A DNA stretch of 64,000 nt from Candidatus Eiseniibacteriota bacterium (GTDB taxonomy: Bacteria; Eisenbacteria; RBG-16-71-46): positions 17,276-81,275 of the forward strand of contig JANMQY010000090.1 of assembly GCA_031370785.1 (NCBI GenBank), in the 5' to 3' direction. Shown in pieces: positions 9,354-19,812 of this stretch. Each line of letters begins with the position of its first letter. Positions within the stretch are counted from its first letter, which is position 1. The translations under genes and the position numbers were made by a program. The notes below the pieces were generated by a model. It worked only from the letters and a program-made list of their open reading frames with translations, had not been told where the DNA came from and made no database searches.

Positions 9354-9381
9354 TTATCGGCAGCATCGACCCCGGAATTGA
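9354..9381 (-). promoter_or_regulatory. Putative sigma28 (FliA/WhiG) promoter for pilB and HD-GYP
   Basis: Minus strand TCAA-N16-GCCGATAA; exact match to the sigma28 -10 element. Confidence 0.6.
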
Positions 9382-9469
9382 CCGCGATTTGAGCGGGCAG
9401 AACCGCATGCGACAGCGGTTCCGCGCCCTCTTGGTTCCTCGCTCGCGGGCATGTTAGGTTGCCTCGGCC

Positions 9470-11251
9470 ATGACCGAACGCAGCGCGCCCGGACTCGAAG
9501 CCAATGCACACGAAGACGTGCTGCTGCGCACCATTTCGGCTCTCGGCACCCCCGCCAGCGAGCGATTCCACGCCGCCGACAACTTCAACGACCTGCTGCG
9601 CAACGCGACCCGCCACGTGCGACGGCTGGTCAACTGCGAGACGGTGCGGATCTGGCTCGTGCGCCGCGGCGGGCGGCGCCTGGTCGCGCTCGACTTCCTG
9701 GATGACGCCCCGGACAAGCCCGGGACCGAGCGTCGCCAGAACCAGGGGGAAGGGCTGGCCGGCTGGGTGATCGAGAACGAGCGCTCGTTGCGCATCGATC
9801 CGGGCGATCCCCGGCCTCCGCTGCGTGGACCGGTGCCCGAGTTTCGCTCGGCGCTGGTCATCCCGCTATTCCGCCGGGGCGAGGTGTTTGCGGCGATCGA
9901 GTGCCTCGACCGGCGCGACCAGGAGGCGTTCACCGACGCCGACTTCGACCGCCTCGACGTCGCCTCCGAACACATCGCCTTCGCGCTCGACAACGCGCTG
10001 CTCTATCAGGAGACGGAGCGGCGTGCGCTCGAGAAGGAAGTGCTGCTCGAGATCTCCAAGACCCTGGCGACTCCGTTCGATCTGGAAGAGGTGATCGAGG
10101 TCATCCTGAAGTCCTTGCGCCAGGTGGTCTACTACGACGCCGCGGCGATCTACCTCGTTCACCGAAAGACGCTGGCGCTCGAGATGGTGAGCGCGGTGGG
10201 GTATCCCGAGGGCTCGGACGACGCGTTCGATCTTCAGGTCGGGCAGGGGATCGTTGGCTGGGTGGCGAAGACCGGGCAGGCGGTGATCGTGCCCGAAGTG
10301 AACAGCGATCCGCGCTATGTCGCCGCACGCCCGGGAACCCGAAGCGAGCTGGCCGCGCCGCTCGTCATCGAGGGTCGCACGCTCGGAGTGTTCAACCTCG
10401 AGAGCGATACCGATGACGCCTATCACGAGGGCCACCTCGAGATCCTGGGCGCATTCGCGGCGCAGGCCGCGATCGCGATCGAGCGCGCCCGCACCACGCG
10501 CGAGCTGCTCGATCGCCGCCGGCTCGAGAAGGAGCTGGCGATCGCGCGCGAGATCCAGCTCTCGTTCCTTCCCAAGGCACCGCCGATCGTGCCGGGCTTC
10601 GACATCGTCGGCAGCATGAAGGCTCACGACCAGGTTGGCGGCGACTACTTCGACTTCATCGGAGTCTCGGAAACCCGCCTCGGCCTCGCGATCGCCGATG
10701 TGTCGGGCAAGGGTATCCCCGCCGCGCTGATCATGGCCGGATTCCGGATGTGCCTGCTCGCCGAGATCCGCAACGAGTTCGCGATCCGCGCGGTGATGCA
10801 CAAGGTGAACTCGCTGCTCTACGAGAGCACCGGCCGCGACAAGTTCGTGACCGCGTTCTACGGCGTGCTCGACTTCCAGAACCGGGTGCTGATTTCGTCG
10901 AATGCCGGGCACAATCCGCCGATCCTGTTCCGCGCCCGCGGGCCGATCGAGTACCTGGCAGACGGCGGTGTCGCGCTGGGCGTGCTGCCCGATGCGCGCT
11001 ACGAAGAGAAGCCGGTGTTCCTCGAGCACGGCGACGTGCTGGTGCTGTACACCGACGGAGTGACCGAGGCCGAGTCGCCGAGCGGCGAACAGTTCGGCCA
11101 CACCCGGCTCGAGGCCTGCGTGCGTCGTCTGCTCGGCGCGAGCAGCCAGCAGATCATGGACGGCATCGTCGAAGAGGTGCGCGCGTTCGGCGCCGAGCGG
11201 GGCCCGAGCGACGATCTGACGCTGATGGTGGTTCGGGTCAAACCCGAATAG
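9470..11251 (+). CDS. GAF-GAF-PP2C (SpoIIE/RsbU-like) serine phosphatase
   Basis: Two GAF-like domains, AREIQ coiled region, VGGDYFD, IADVSGKG, NAGH, YTDGVTEA, DDLT. Confidence 0.92.
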   Translation: MTERSAPGLEANAHEDVLLRTISALGTPASERFHAADNFNDLLRNATRHVRRLVNCETVRIWLVRRGGRRLVALDFLDDAPDKPGTERRQNQGEGLAGWVIENERSLRIDPGDPRPPLRGPVPEFRSALVIPLFRRGEVFAAIECLDRRDQEAFTDADFDRLDVASEHIAFALDNALLYQETERRALEKEVLLEISKTLATPFDLEEVIEVILKSLRQVVYYDAAAIYLVHRKTLALEMVSAVGYPEGSDDAFDLQVGQGIVGWVAKTGQAVIVPEVNSDPRYVAARPGTRSELAAPLVIEGRTLGVFNLESDTDDAYHEGHLEILGAFAAQAAIAIERARTTRELLDRRRLEKELAIAREIQLSFLPKAPPIVPGFDIVGSMKAHDQVGGDYFDFIGVSETRLGLAIADVSGKGIPAALIMAGFRMCLLAEIRNEFAIRAVMHKVNSLLYESTGRDKFVTAFYGVLDFQNRVLISSNAGHNPPILFRARGPIEYLADGGVALGVLPDARYEEKPVFLEHGDVLVLYTDGVTEAESPSGEQFGHTRLEACVRRLLGASSQQIMDGIVEEVRAFGAERGPSDDLTLMVVRVKPE

Positions 11252-11293
11252 GGGTCTCATCCGGGACCGTCGCTGTCAGGGGTTCGGACTCCA

Positions 11294-11316
11294 CACTTCA
11301 TGCGACGCATGAAGTG
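11294..11316. repeat. Perfect 11-bp inverted repeat (terminator hairpin or operator)
   Basis: CACTTCATGCG-A-CGCATGAAGTG. Confidence 0.7.
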
Positions 11317-11324
11317 CCGGAACC

Positions 11325-11353
11325 TTGACCATCGCCACCAATCCCGATAGTCT
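11325..11353 (+). promoter_or_regulatory. Putative sigma70 promoter for the M50-trpS-scpAB-rluB operon
   Basis: TTGACC-N17-TAGTCT. Confidence 0.55.
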
Positions 11354-11392
11354 GCGCCGACCGTCCGTTTGACCTCTTCCGGAGCCGCTCTC

Positions 11393-12046
11393 TTGAAATT
11401 CGATCCGCTGGTCATCCTGGCGTTGCCCGTGGTGCTGCTGAGCATCGTCGTGCACGAGTGCGCCCACGGGGTGATGGCGCTGTGGTGCGGCGACACCACC
11501 GCACGGGATCGCGGCCGGCTGACCCTGAACCCGCTCCCTCACGTGGATCCGATCGGATCCTTGCTCGTGCCCGGACTGCTGTTGCTGTTCCACGCCCCGT
11601 TCCTGTTCGGATGGGCGAAGCCTGTTCCCATCAACTGGGCGAACCTGCGCCACCCGCAGGACGATGCGGTCAAGGTCGCCCTCGCCGGCCCGGCTTCGAA
11701 CCTGCTGCTGGCCGTGCTGTTCGCCGCTCTCGCGCGGCTCGCGCCCACGACCGGCTTCTGGTCGCTGCTCCAGACCATGGCCGTAGCCGGCGTGGTGTGG
11801 AACTGCGCGCTCGCGATGTTCAACCTGATTCCGATCCCGCCGCTCGACGGCTCGTGGGTGCTGATGCGCTTTCTCAAGATGCGCCACGTCATCGCGCTCC
11901 AGCAATTCCGGCTGGTCGGGATGGCGGTCATCGCGGTGCTGCTCGGCTCGCGCTTCTTCTCCGGCCTGTTCCTCGTGCCGCTGCGCGCGCTGGTCGTCGG
12001 ACTGCTGCGCTTCTTCGGAGCGCCGGTCGAGGGCTACGCGCTGTGA
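11393..12046 (+). CDS. Site-2 protease family M50 intramembrane metalloprotease
   Basis: HECAH, GRLTLNP, AGPASN, FNLIPIPPLDG; TTG start 8 nt after GGAG (11369 is an alternative). Confidence 0.92.
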   Translation: MKFDPLVILALPVVLLSIVVHECAHGVMALWCGDTTARDRGRLTLNPLPHVDPIGSLLVPGLLLLFHAPFLFGWAKPVPINWANLRHPQDDAVKVALAGPASNLLLAVLFAALARLAPTTGFWSLLQTMAVAGVVWNCALAMFNLIPIPPLDGSWVLMRFLKMRHVIALQQFRLVGMAVIAVLLGSRFFSGLFLVPLRALVVGLLRFFGAPVEGYAL

Positions 12047-13089
12047 AGACCGGCCGCATCCTGTCCGGCATGCGTCCCACCGGGCGCCTGCACCTGGGCA
12101 ACTACGTCGGCGCGCTCGAGAACTGGGTGCGACTCCAGAACGAGGGCTGGGAAAATCTGCACATGGTGGCGGACTGGCACATGCTCACTACCGGCCACGA
12201 GGACACTTCGCGACTCCAGGCCGACACCTTCGACATGGTGCTCGACTGGCTGGCGGCCGGCCTCGACCCCGCGAAGAGCGTGATCTTCGTGCAGAGCCAC
12301 GTGAAGGAGCATGCCGAGCTCCATCTGCTGCTCTCGATGCTGGTGAGCAAGGCGCGTCTCGAGCGCATCCCCACGCTCAAGGAGCAGATCCGCGATCTGC
12401 ACCTCGACGAGCAGACGATCTCCTACGGACACCTGGGCTACTCGGTGCTGCAGGCGGCCGACATCCTGCTCTATCGAGCCACTCACGTTCCGGTGGGCGA
12501 GGATCAGGTGCCGCACGTCGAGCTGACGCGCGAGCTCGCGCGGCGCTTCAATTTCCTCTACTGCCAGAATCGTCCGCCGGTGTTCCCGGAACCCGAGGCA
12601 ATGCTCACCGCCTTCGCGCGCCTGCGCGGCAACGACGGCGATCGCATGAGCAAGTCGGCGGGCAATGCGCTGATGCTCGCGGCCGAGCCCGCGGAGATCG
12701 GCACCTACGTGCACGCCGCGTACACCGACCCGAAGAAGCTGCGCAAGAACGACCCCGGGCGTCCCGAGGCAGATCCGAGCGACGGACACGGCGGGTGCGT
12801 GGTGTGGGAATACCACCGCAAGTTCAATCCGACCGGCGCCGAAGAGATCGCACGTCTGTGCCGCGCCGGCGAGCTGGGCTGCGTCGACGACAAGAAGAAC
12901 CTGACCAGGGTTCTGGTCGAGGCGCTGGCTCCGATCCGCGAGCGCCGCGCGCGCTGGGCGGCCGAACCGGATTCGGTGCGCGACGTGATCCAGGAAGGCG
13001 ATCGCCGCGCGCGTCGAGTCGCGGAAGCCACCATGGAGCAGATTCGTAGCGCGATGGGCCTGGCTTCGGGCGCCGAGGTCATGCGATGA
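12043..13089 (+). CDS. trpS: Tryptophan--tRNA ligase
   Basis: SGMRPTGRLHLGN, LQAADIL, VPVGEDQ, RMSKS; GTGA overlap with the M50 gene. Confidence 0.96.
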   Translation: MKTGRILSGMRPTGRLHLGNYVGALENWVRLQNEGWENLHMVADWHMLTTGHEDTSRLQADTFDMVLDWLAAGLDPAKSVIFVQSHVKEHAELHLLLSMLVSKARLERIPTLKEQIRDLHLDEQTISYGHLGYSVLQAADILLYRATHVPVGEDQVPHVELTRELARRFNFLYCQNRPPVFPEPEAMLTAFARLRGNDGDRMSKSAGNALMLAAEPAEIGTYVHAAYTDPKKLRKNDPGRPEADPSDGHGGCVVWEYHRKFNPTGAEEIARLCRAGELGCVDDKKNLTRVLVEALAPIRERRARWAAEPDSVRDVIQEGDRRARRVAEATMEQIRSAMGLASGAEVMR

Positions 13090-13883
13090 GCGAGCGGAAC
13101 GACGAGCGCGACAAGGAGCGCGCTGCTCAGGGCGCGCCGCGCCTCGGGCCGGCCAGCGTGACCGTCAAGCTCGAGCGCTTCGAGGGCCCGCTCGACCTGC
13201 TGCTCCACCTGATCAAGCGCGACGAGATCAACGTCCACGACATTCCGATCGCGCATATCACCCAGCAATACCTCGCCTACATCGAGCTGATGCGCTCGCT
13301 CGATCTCGAGGTCGCCGGCGAGTTCCTGGTCATGGCCGCGACCCTCATGCGCATCAAGGCCAAGATGCTGCTCCCGCTGCCGGCAGTGGGCGAGGAGGAG
13401 GACGAGGGCGATCCGCGCGAGGAGCTGGTGCAGCGTCTGCTCGAGTACCGCCAGTTCAAGGAGGCAGCCGGCACGCTCAAGCTGCGCGAAGCCGACCGCA
13501 GGCTGCTGTTCGAGCGCGGCATGCTGCCGGCCGAGGAGGATGCGGGACCGCTGCCGCTCGCGCCCGCGAGCCTGTTCGACCTGCTCGATGCGCTGAATCG
13601 CGTGATGTCGCGGGTGCCGGACACGGTTCCCTACGACGTGCAGACCGATACATACGATGTCGAGGACCAGATGTCCCTGATTGCGAGCACCGTCGCCGAG
13701 CGGGGCTCGGTCTCGTTCACCGAATTGTTGCTGCGCTGCCGGGCACGCGGCGAGATGATCGTGGCGTTCATGGCGCTGCTCGAGCTCATCAAGCTCGGCG
13801 TGGTGGGCGTGATTCAGGGCGAGAACTTCAGCGACATCCTGATCGTCGCACTCACGCGGGAAGGAACCGATGCCTCCACCTAA
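13086..13883 (+). CDS. scpA: Segregation and condensation protein A
   Basis: FEGPLDLLLHLI, EFLVMAATL, FMALLEL. Confidence 0.95.
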   Translation: MSERNDERDKERAAQGAPRLGPASVTVKLERFEGPLDLLLHLIKRDEINVHDIPIAHITQQYLAYIELMRSLDLEVAGEFLVMAATLMRIKAKMLLPLPAVGEEEDEGDPREELVQRLLEYRQFKEAAGTLKLREADRRLLFERGMLPAEEDAGPLPLAPASLFDLLDALNRVMSRVPDTVPYDVQTDTYDVEDQMSLIASTVAERGSVSFTELLLRCRARGEMIVAFMALLELIKLGVVGVIQGENFSDILIVALTREGTDAST

Positions 13884-14636
13884 TCTGCAAGCCGCGATCG
13901 AAGCGCTGCTGTTCTCGAGCGATCAACCCCTGCCCCTCACCCTGATCACCGAGTCGCTCGAGAGCGAGCCGCAGCGGGTCGCCGAGGCGCTGCGCACGCT
14001 GGGCGAGTCGTACGCCTCGCGCGACGCCGGCGTCGAGCTGCGCGAGATCGCAGGCGGCTGGATGCTGGTCACCACGCAGGCGCAGGCGGAGTGGGTGGGA
14101 CGCATGCTGCGCGGCAAGCGGCGCATGCGCCTGTCGCGTCCCGCGCTCGAGACGCTCGCGATCATCGCGTACAAGCAGCCGGTGACCAAGTCCGAGGTCG
14201 AGGCGATTCGCGGCGTGGATGCAAGCGGGGTGCTCGCCACATTGCTCGAGCGCAACCTCGTGACCATCCGCGGCCGCTCCAAGGTGATCGGTCGCCCGCT
14301 CCTCTACGGAACCACGCCCGAGTTCCTCGACTACTTCGGGCTGCGCGATCTGCAGGAACTGCCTCGTCCCGAGGAGCTGCGCGCGCTGGTTGCAGCCCGC
14401 GAGCCGGAACAGCTCGAGATGATGGAGATCGAAGTGGTCTCGCAGGTCGCCACCGACCTCGCCACCAGCGAGGTCGCCTCGGAGATGGCCGAAGGCCGTC
14501 ACGAGATCGAGCCACTCGACCGGGACGAGACGCCGCGATCGGGCGGCGATATCGGTGTTGGATCTGACGAGGGCGACGAAGAGGAGCACTCCGAGCACGA
14601 TCCGTCCGAAATGGCCGAGAGGGAATCGGGCCGCTC

Positions 14637-14640
<4 letters not shown>
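13870..14640 (+). CDS. scpB: Segregation and condensation protein B
   Basis: IEALLF, LSRPALETLAIIAYKQP, IRGVD, GRPLLYGTT; acidic tail. Confidence 0.95.
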
Positions 14641-16475
<1,835 letters not shown>

Positions 16476-16675
16476 AGGCATTGCGGCGTACGCCCGTAGA
16501 TCGATCTTTTGAGATTCTGCTGGAGTTAGGACTGCCTGGCGTGAAATCGTCATGTGGTTCGGAACGCTTCGTGCGGTGTACGGGGCGCTTCGACGCCATC
16601 CGCGGGCCAGGACGGACCGCATGCAGCGCCGCACGGACGCCGATCTTCCGTTTTCGCGACACCTCAGAGGCGTCC

Positions 16676-17236
16676 GTGCAGATCGATCGCATCCCGATTC
16701 CAGCCGCCGACCACGAACTTACTGGAACGGCGATGGCGCCCATCGGGGTAGAAGATGCCGACCGCCTCGGGGAGGCGGGGGTACGCCTGCGACTTTCGTG
16801 GCGCGGCGCGCTGGCGGTGATCGCCGGTGCACTCAGCCTGCTCGGTCAGGGCGAGCGCTATCGAGTCGATCCGCGATTCGTCTCGCCGAGCTCGACAATC
16901 GCGAACTACTGGGCGGCGCTGCGCCGGGATGACGAGCAGGCGGCATCGGAGTGTCTGGTGGCAGGAAATCCCGAGGTGCCCGAGCCGGGCACGCTGTGGT
17001 TCCTTCCGCCAACCACCGATCTGACGCTGACCGCGTTTCACTCGCTTCCGATCACCGCGGGTCGCGTGCTGGTGCGATACGAGGTGCGCTATCGCCCGGT
17101 TGGCGTGCGCATCGAGCAGCGCTTCGTAACCGGGAGCGAGCTGGTGCGCGAGCGCGGCGAATGGCGAATCGTGCGCGCGCTGGGCGAGGCGAGCATGCCG
17201 GAGTGGAAGCCGATTCCCCGAACGGTTGACATCTGA
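16676..17236 (+). CDS. Hypothetical single-TM protein, possible NTF2-like C-terminal domain
   Basis: GAGG before GTG 16676 (start uncertain); TM segment; SPSSTIANYWAAL...ELVRERGEWRI pattern. Confidence 0.5.
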   Translation: MQIDRIPIPAADHELTGTAMAPIGVEDADRLGEAGVRLRLSWRGALAVIAGALSLLGQGERYRVDPRFVSPSSTIANYWAALRRDDEQAASECLVAGNPEVPEPGTLWFLPPTTDLTLTAFHSLPITAGRVLVRYEVRYRPVGVRIEQRFVTGSELVRERGEWRIVRALGEASMPEWKPIPRTVDI

Positions 17237-17255
17237 TCCGAGGCACACTTAGGCT
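17226..17255 (+). promoter_or_regulatory. Putative sigma70 promoter for the PorV-like gene
   Basis: TTGACA-N18-TAGGCT. Confidence 0.55.
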
Positions 17256-17294
17256 CATTCTCGGCCGGGATTCGGTACCACTTTCGAGGGTCGA

Positions 17295-18410
17295 ATGACG
17301 CGCATGCTCCACCGCTCCTTGCTGCTGATCGCGCTTCTCTCCATCGCCGCGCCGGCCCACGCCACCAAGTACGCTGGCGAGTTCATGAAGATCCCGGTCG
17401 GCCCGCGCGCCATCGGCATGGGCGGTGCGTTCACCGGCGTGTGCGACGATGCGACCGCCGCGTTCTGGAATCCGGCGGGCATGGTCTATCTGCCCTACCG
17501 CGAGGCGTTGTTTCAGCACGCCGAGCAGTTCGGCAGCCTCGAGAACCACGACTACCTCGCGGCGGTGTTTCCGCTCGGCGGCGAGAAGGAAAAGCGCTCC
17601 GCGCTCGGCGTATCGCTGGTGCGCCTCGGAATCGACGAGATCCCGATCACGCCGCGCCCGGGCAGCCTGAGGGCCGGGATCGATTTCCTCGACTACGGCA
17701 CCGACAACGATCCGACCACGCCCGGCAACGGCCAGGGCAATGGTATCTGGGATCCGGGCGAGCGCCTGCTGCTCACCACCGACAACCTGTTCATGGCCTC
17801 GAGCTCGGACATGGTGGGAACGATTTCCTACGCGCGCCAGCACGGCAAGCGCTGGACGTTCGGAGGGAACCTCAAGTTCGTGCGGCAGAGCCTTCCGGAC
17901 ACGGTGCCCGGGCATCACGTCACCTCATTCGGCGCCGGTTTGGACGTCGGCGCGAACTACATGCCGAGCGACGCGATCACCATCGGCGCGGTGGTGCACG
18001 ATCTGACCACGACCTACCTCTCGTGGAGCAACGGCTCGCGCGAGCTGGTCGTCCCGACGCTCGAGACCGGCGCGGGCTTCAACTTCTTCCCGGCCGAGCG
18101 CCATGCGCTGACCTGGGGCCTGGACATGGGATGGACGTTCGACGGACGCAGACTCGACGGCCAGGTCGTGACCTCGCGCACCGGGGTGACGTTCCGTACC
18201 GGACTGGAATACTGGTACCGAAGCATGTTCGCACTGCGCACCGGCGTGAACGGCAAGGACCTGACCTTCGGCGCGGGGCTGCGCTACAAGCAGGTCGGTG
18301 TGGACTACGCCGCCTCGCTCAATCGTTTCTTCGCCGGCGACGATCCGGCGTTCCCGTCGGACCAGAATCTCGATACCACCCACCTGGTTTCGCTCGGGCT
18401 CAACTGGTAG
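17295..18410 (+). CDS. PorV/PorQ (FadL-like) outer-membrane beta-barrel protein
   Basis: Signal peptide, FMKIPVGPRAIGMGGAF, DDATAAFWNPAG, alternating beta strands, aromatic C-terminal residue. Confidence 0.8.
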   Translation: MTRMLHRSLLLIALLSIAAPAHATKYAGEFMKIPVGPRAIGMGGAFTGVCDDATAAFWNPAGMVYLPYREALFQHAEQFGSLENHDYLAAVFPLGGEKEKRSALGVSLVRLGIDEIPITPRPGSLRAGIDFLDYGTDNDPTTPGNGQGNGIWDPGERLLLTTDNLFMASSSDMVGTISYARQHGKRWTFGGNLKFVRQSLPDTVPGHHVTSFGAGLDVGANYMPSDAITIGAVVHDLTTTYLSWSNGSRELVVPTLETGAGFNFFPAERHALTWGLDMGWTFDGRRLDGQVVTSRTGVTFRTGLEYWYRSMFALRTGVNGKDLTFGAGLRYKQVGVDYAASLNRFFAGDDPAFPSDQNLDTTHLVSLGLNW

Positions 18411-18424
18411 ACACGAAGCCTCTC

Positions 18425-18465
18425 GAACCGCCGCGGCGAGACACGCGCCGCGGCGGTTCTGCTTT
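18425..18465 (+). terminator. Intrinsic terminator
   Basis: 14-bp stem GAACCGCCGCGGCG/CGCCGCGGCGGTTC followed by TGCTTT. Confidence 0.75.
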
Positions 18466-18480
18466 GATGGGCGCGCGACC

Positions 18481-18509
18481 TTGACTTGGTCGGGGGCGGT
18501 TCCTAGTGT
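18481..18509 (+). promoter_or_regulatory. Putative sigma70 promoter for the glg genes
   Basis: TTGACT-N17-TAGTGT. Confidence 0.55.
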
Positions 18510-18552
18510 GCGCGATCTGTGTCATTCGGTGTGATCAGGGCTCGGAGGACTC

Positions 18553-19812
18553 GTGCGGCAGGTCATGGCGCTGGTGCTGTCGGGCGGCGGGGGCGAGCGC
18601 CTGAGCGTCCTTTCGGCCGAGCGAGCGGTGAGCGCGATCCCGTTCGGCGGCAAGTACCGGATCGTGGACTTCGTGCTCAGCAACTGCTGCCATTCCGAGA
18701 TCGAGCAGGTCGGCGTCATCACCCAGCACGCACCGACCTCGCTCCACGATCACATCGGCGCCGGCCGGCCGTGGGACCTCGACCGCCGCAGCGGCGGGGT
18801 GGTGGTGCTGCAGCCCTACCTCACGCGCAGCAACGCGGGCTGGTACCGCGGCACCGCCGACGCGATCGCCCAGAACCTCGACGTCGTCGAATCGCGTGGC
18901 TGCGATCGCATCCTGGTGCTGAGCGGCGACCATGTGTACCGCATGGACTACCGCGCTCTGATCCAGTCGCACGAGCAGCAGGGCGCCGCGGTGACCATCG
19001 GCGTGGTCCGGGTGCCGCCGGACCAGACACGACGCTTCGGCATGGCAACGATCGATGACGCGGGCCGTGTCACCGCGCTCATCGAGAAGCCGGAGCGGGC
19101 CGAGACGCCGTTCGCCTCGATGGGGATCTACCTGTTCGAGACCAGCGTGCTGCGAGAGCTGCTGCGCGGGCGTCCGGTGGATCTGGTGATGGATGTGCTC
19201 CGCCCGCTGCTCGAGAGCGGTGGGCGTGTGGCGGCCCACGTCTTCAGTGGATACTGGGATGACGTCGGCACGGTCGGGTCCTACTACCGCGCGAATCAGG
19301 AGCTGGTGGCGACCGAGCCACGCCTGGTGCTGCACGACCGGCGCTGGCCGATCCTGACCCGCGACGAAGAGCGGCCCCCGGTGCTGATGCTCGATGGCGC
19401 GGAGATCGACGACAGCGTCATTGCCAACGGATGCCGGATCGCGGGCCGGGTGCGGCGCTCGGTGCTGTTCCCCGGAGTGAACGTGGAGCGCGGCGCCGAG
19501 ATCGTCGACTCGATCGTGCTGGCCGACGTGACGGTCGGTTCCGGAGCGCGGATCGAACGATCGATCCTCGACAAGTACGTGAAGGTGGGGGGCGGAGCGC
19601 GCGTCGGCTCGGCGCGCGGCGAGCCGGCTCCCGGAATGGAATGGCTCGAGGGGCTGACGCTGGTGGGGAAGGATGCGGTGCTGCCGGAGGGTCTGCGCGT
19701 CGCGGCCAGCGCGGTGATCGGCCACGGCGCCGCGCCCGAGGATTTCACGTCGGGCTCGGTCGGGCCCGGCACGCTCACTCCGAATCGCACGTGGTACGGG
19801 GAGGGAGCGTGA
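18553..19812 (+). CDS. glgD: Glucose-1-phosphate adenylyltransferase family subunit (GlgC paralog, GlgD-like, probably regulatory)
   Basis: LSGGGGERL, PFGGKYR, WYRGTADA, LSGDH, EKP, beta-helix; RAVSA replaces RAKPA. Confidence 0.75.
   Translation: MRQVMALVLSGGGGERLSVLSAERAVSAIPFGGKYRIVDFVLSNCCHSEIEQVGVITQHAPTSLHDHIGAGRPWDLDRRSGGVVVLQPYLTRSNAGWYRGTADAIAQNLDVVESRGCDRILVLSGDHVYRMDYRALIQSHEQQGAAVTIGVVRVPPDQTRRFGMATIDDAGRVTALIEKPERAETPFASMGIYLFETSVLRELLRGRPVDLVMDVLRPLLESGGRVAAHVFSGYWDDVGTVGSYYRANQELVATEPRLVLHDRRWPILTRDEERPPVLMLDGAEIDDSVIANGCRIAGRVRRSVLFPGVNVERGAEIVDSIVLADVTVGSGARIERSILDKYVKVGGGARVGSARGEPAPGMEWLEGLTLVGKDAVLPEGLRVAASAVIGHGAAPEDFTSGSVGPGTLTPNRTWYGEGA

Noticed and set aside
16560..16575. 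Sigma54 promoter-like CGGAACG-N4-GTGC
   Set aside because: Several mismatches to TGGCACG-N4-TTGC; GG-N10-GC spacing is common by chance at this GC content
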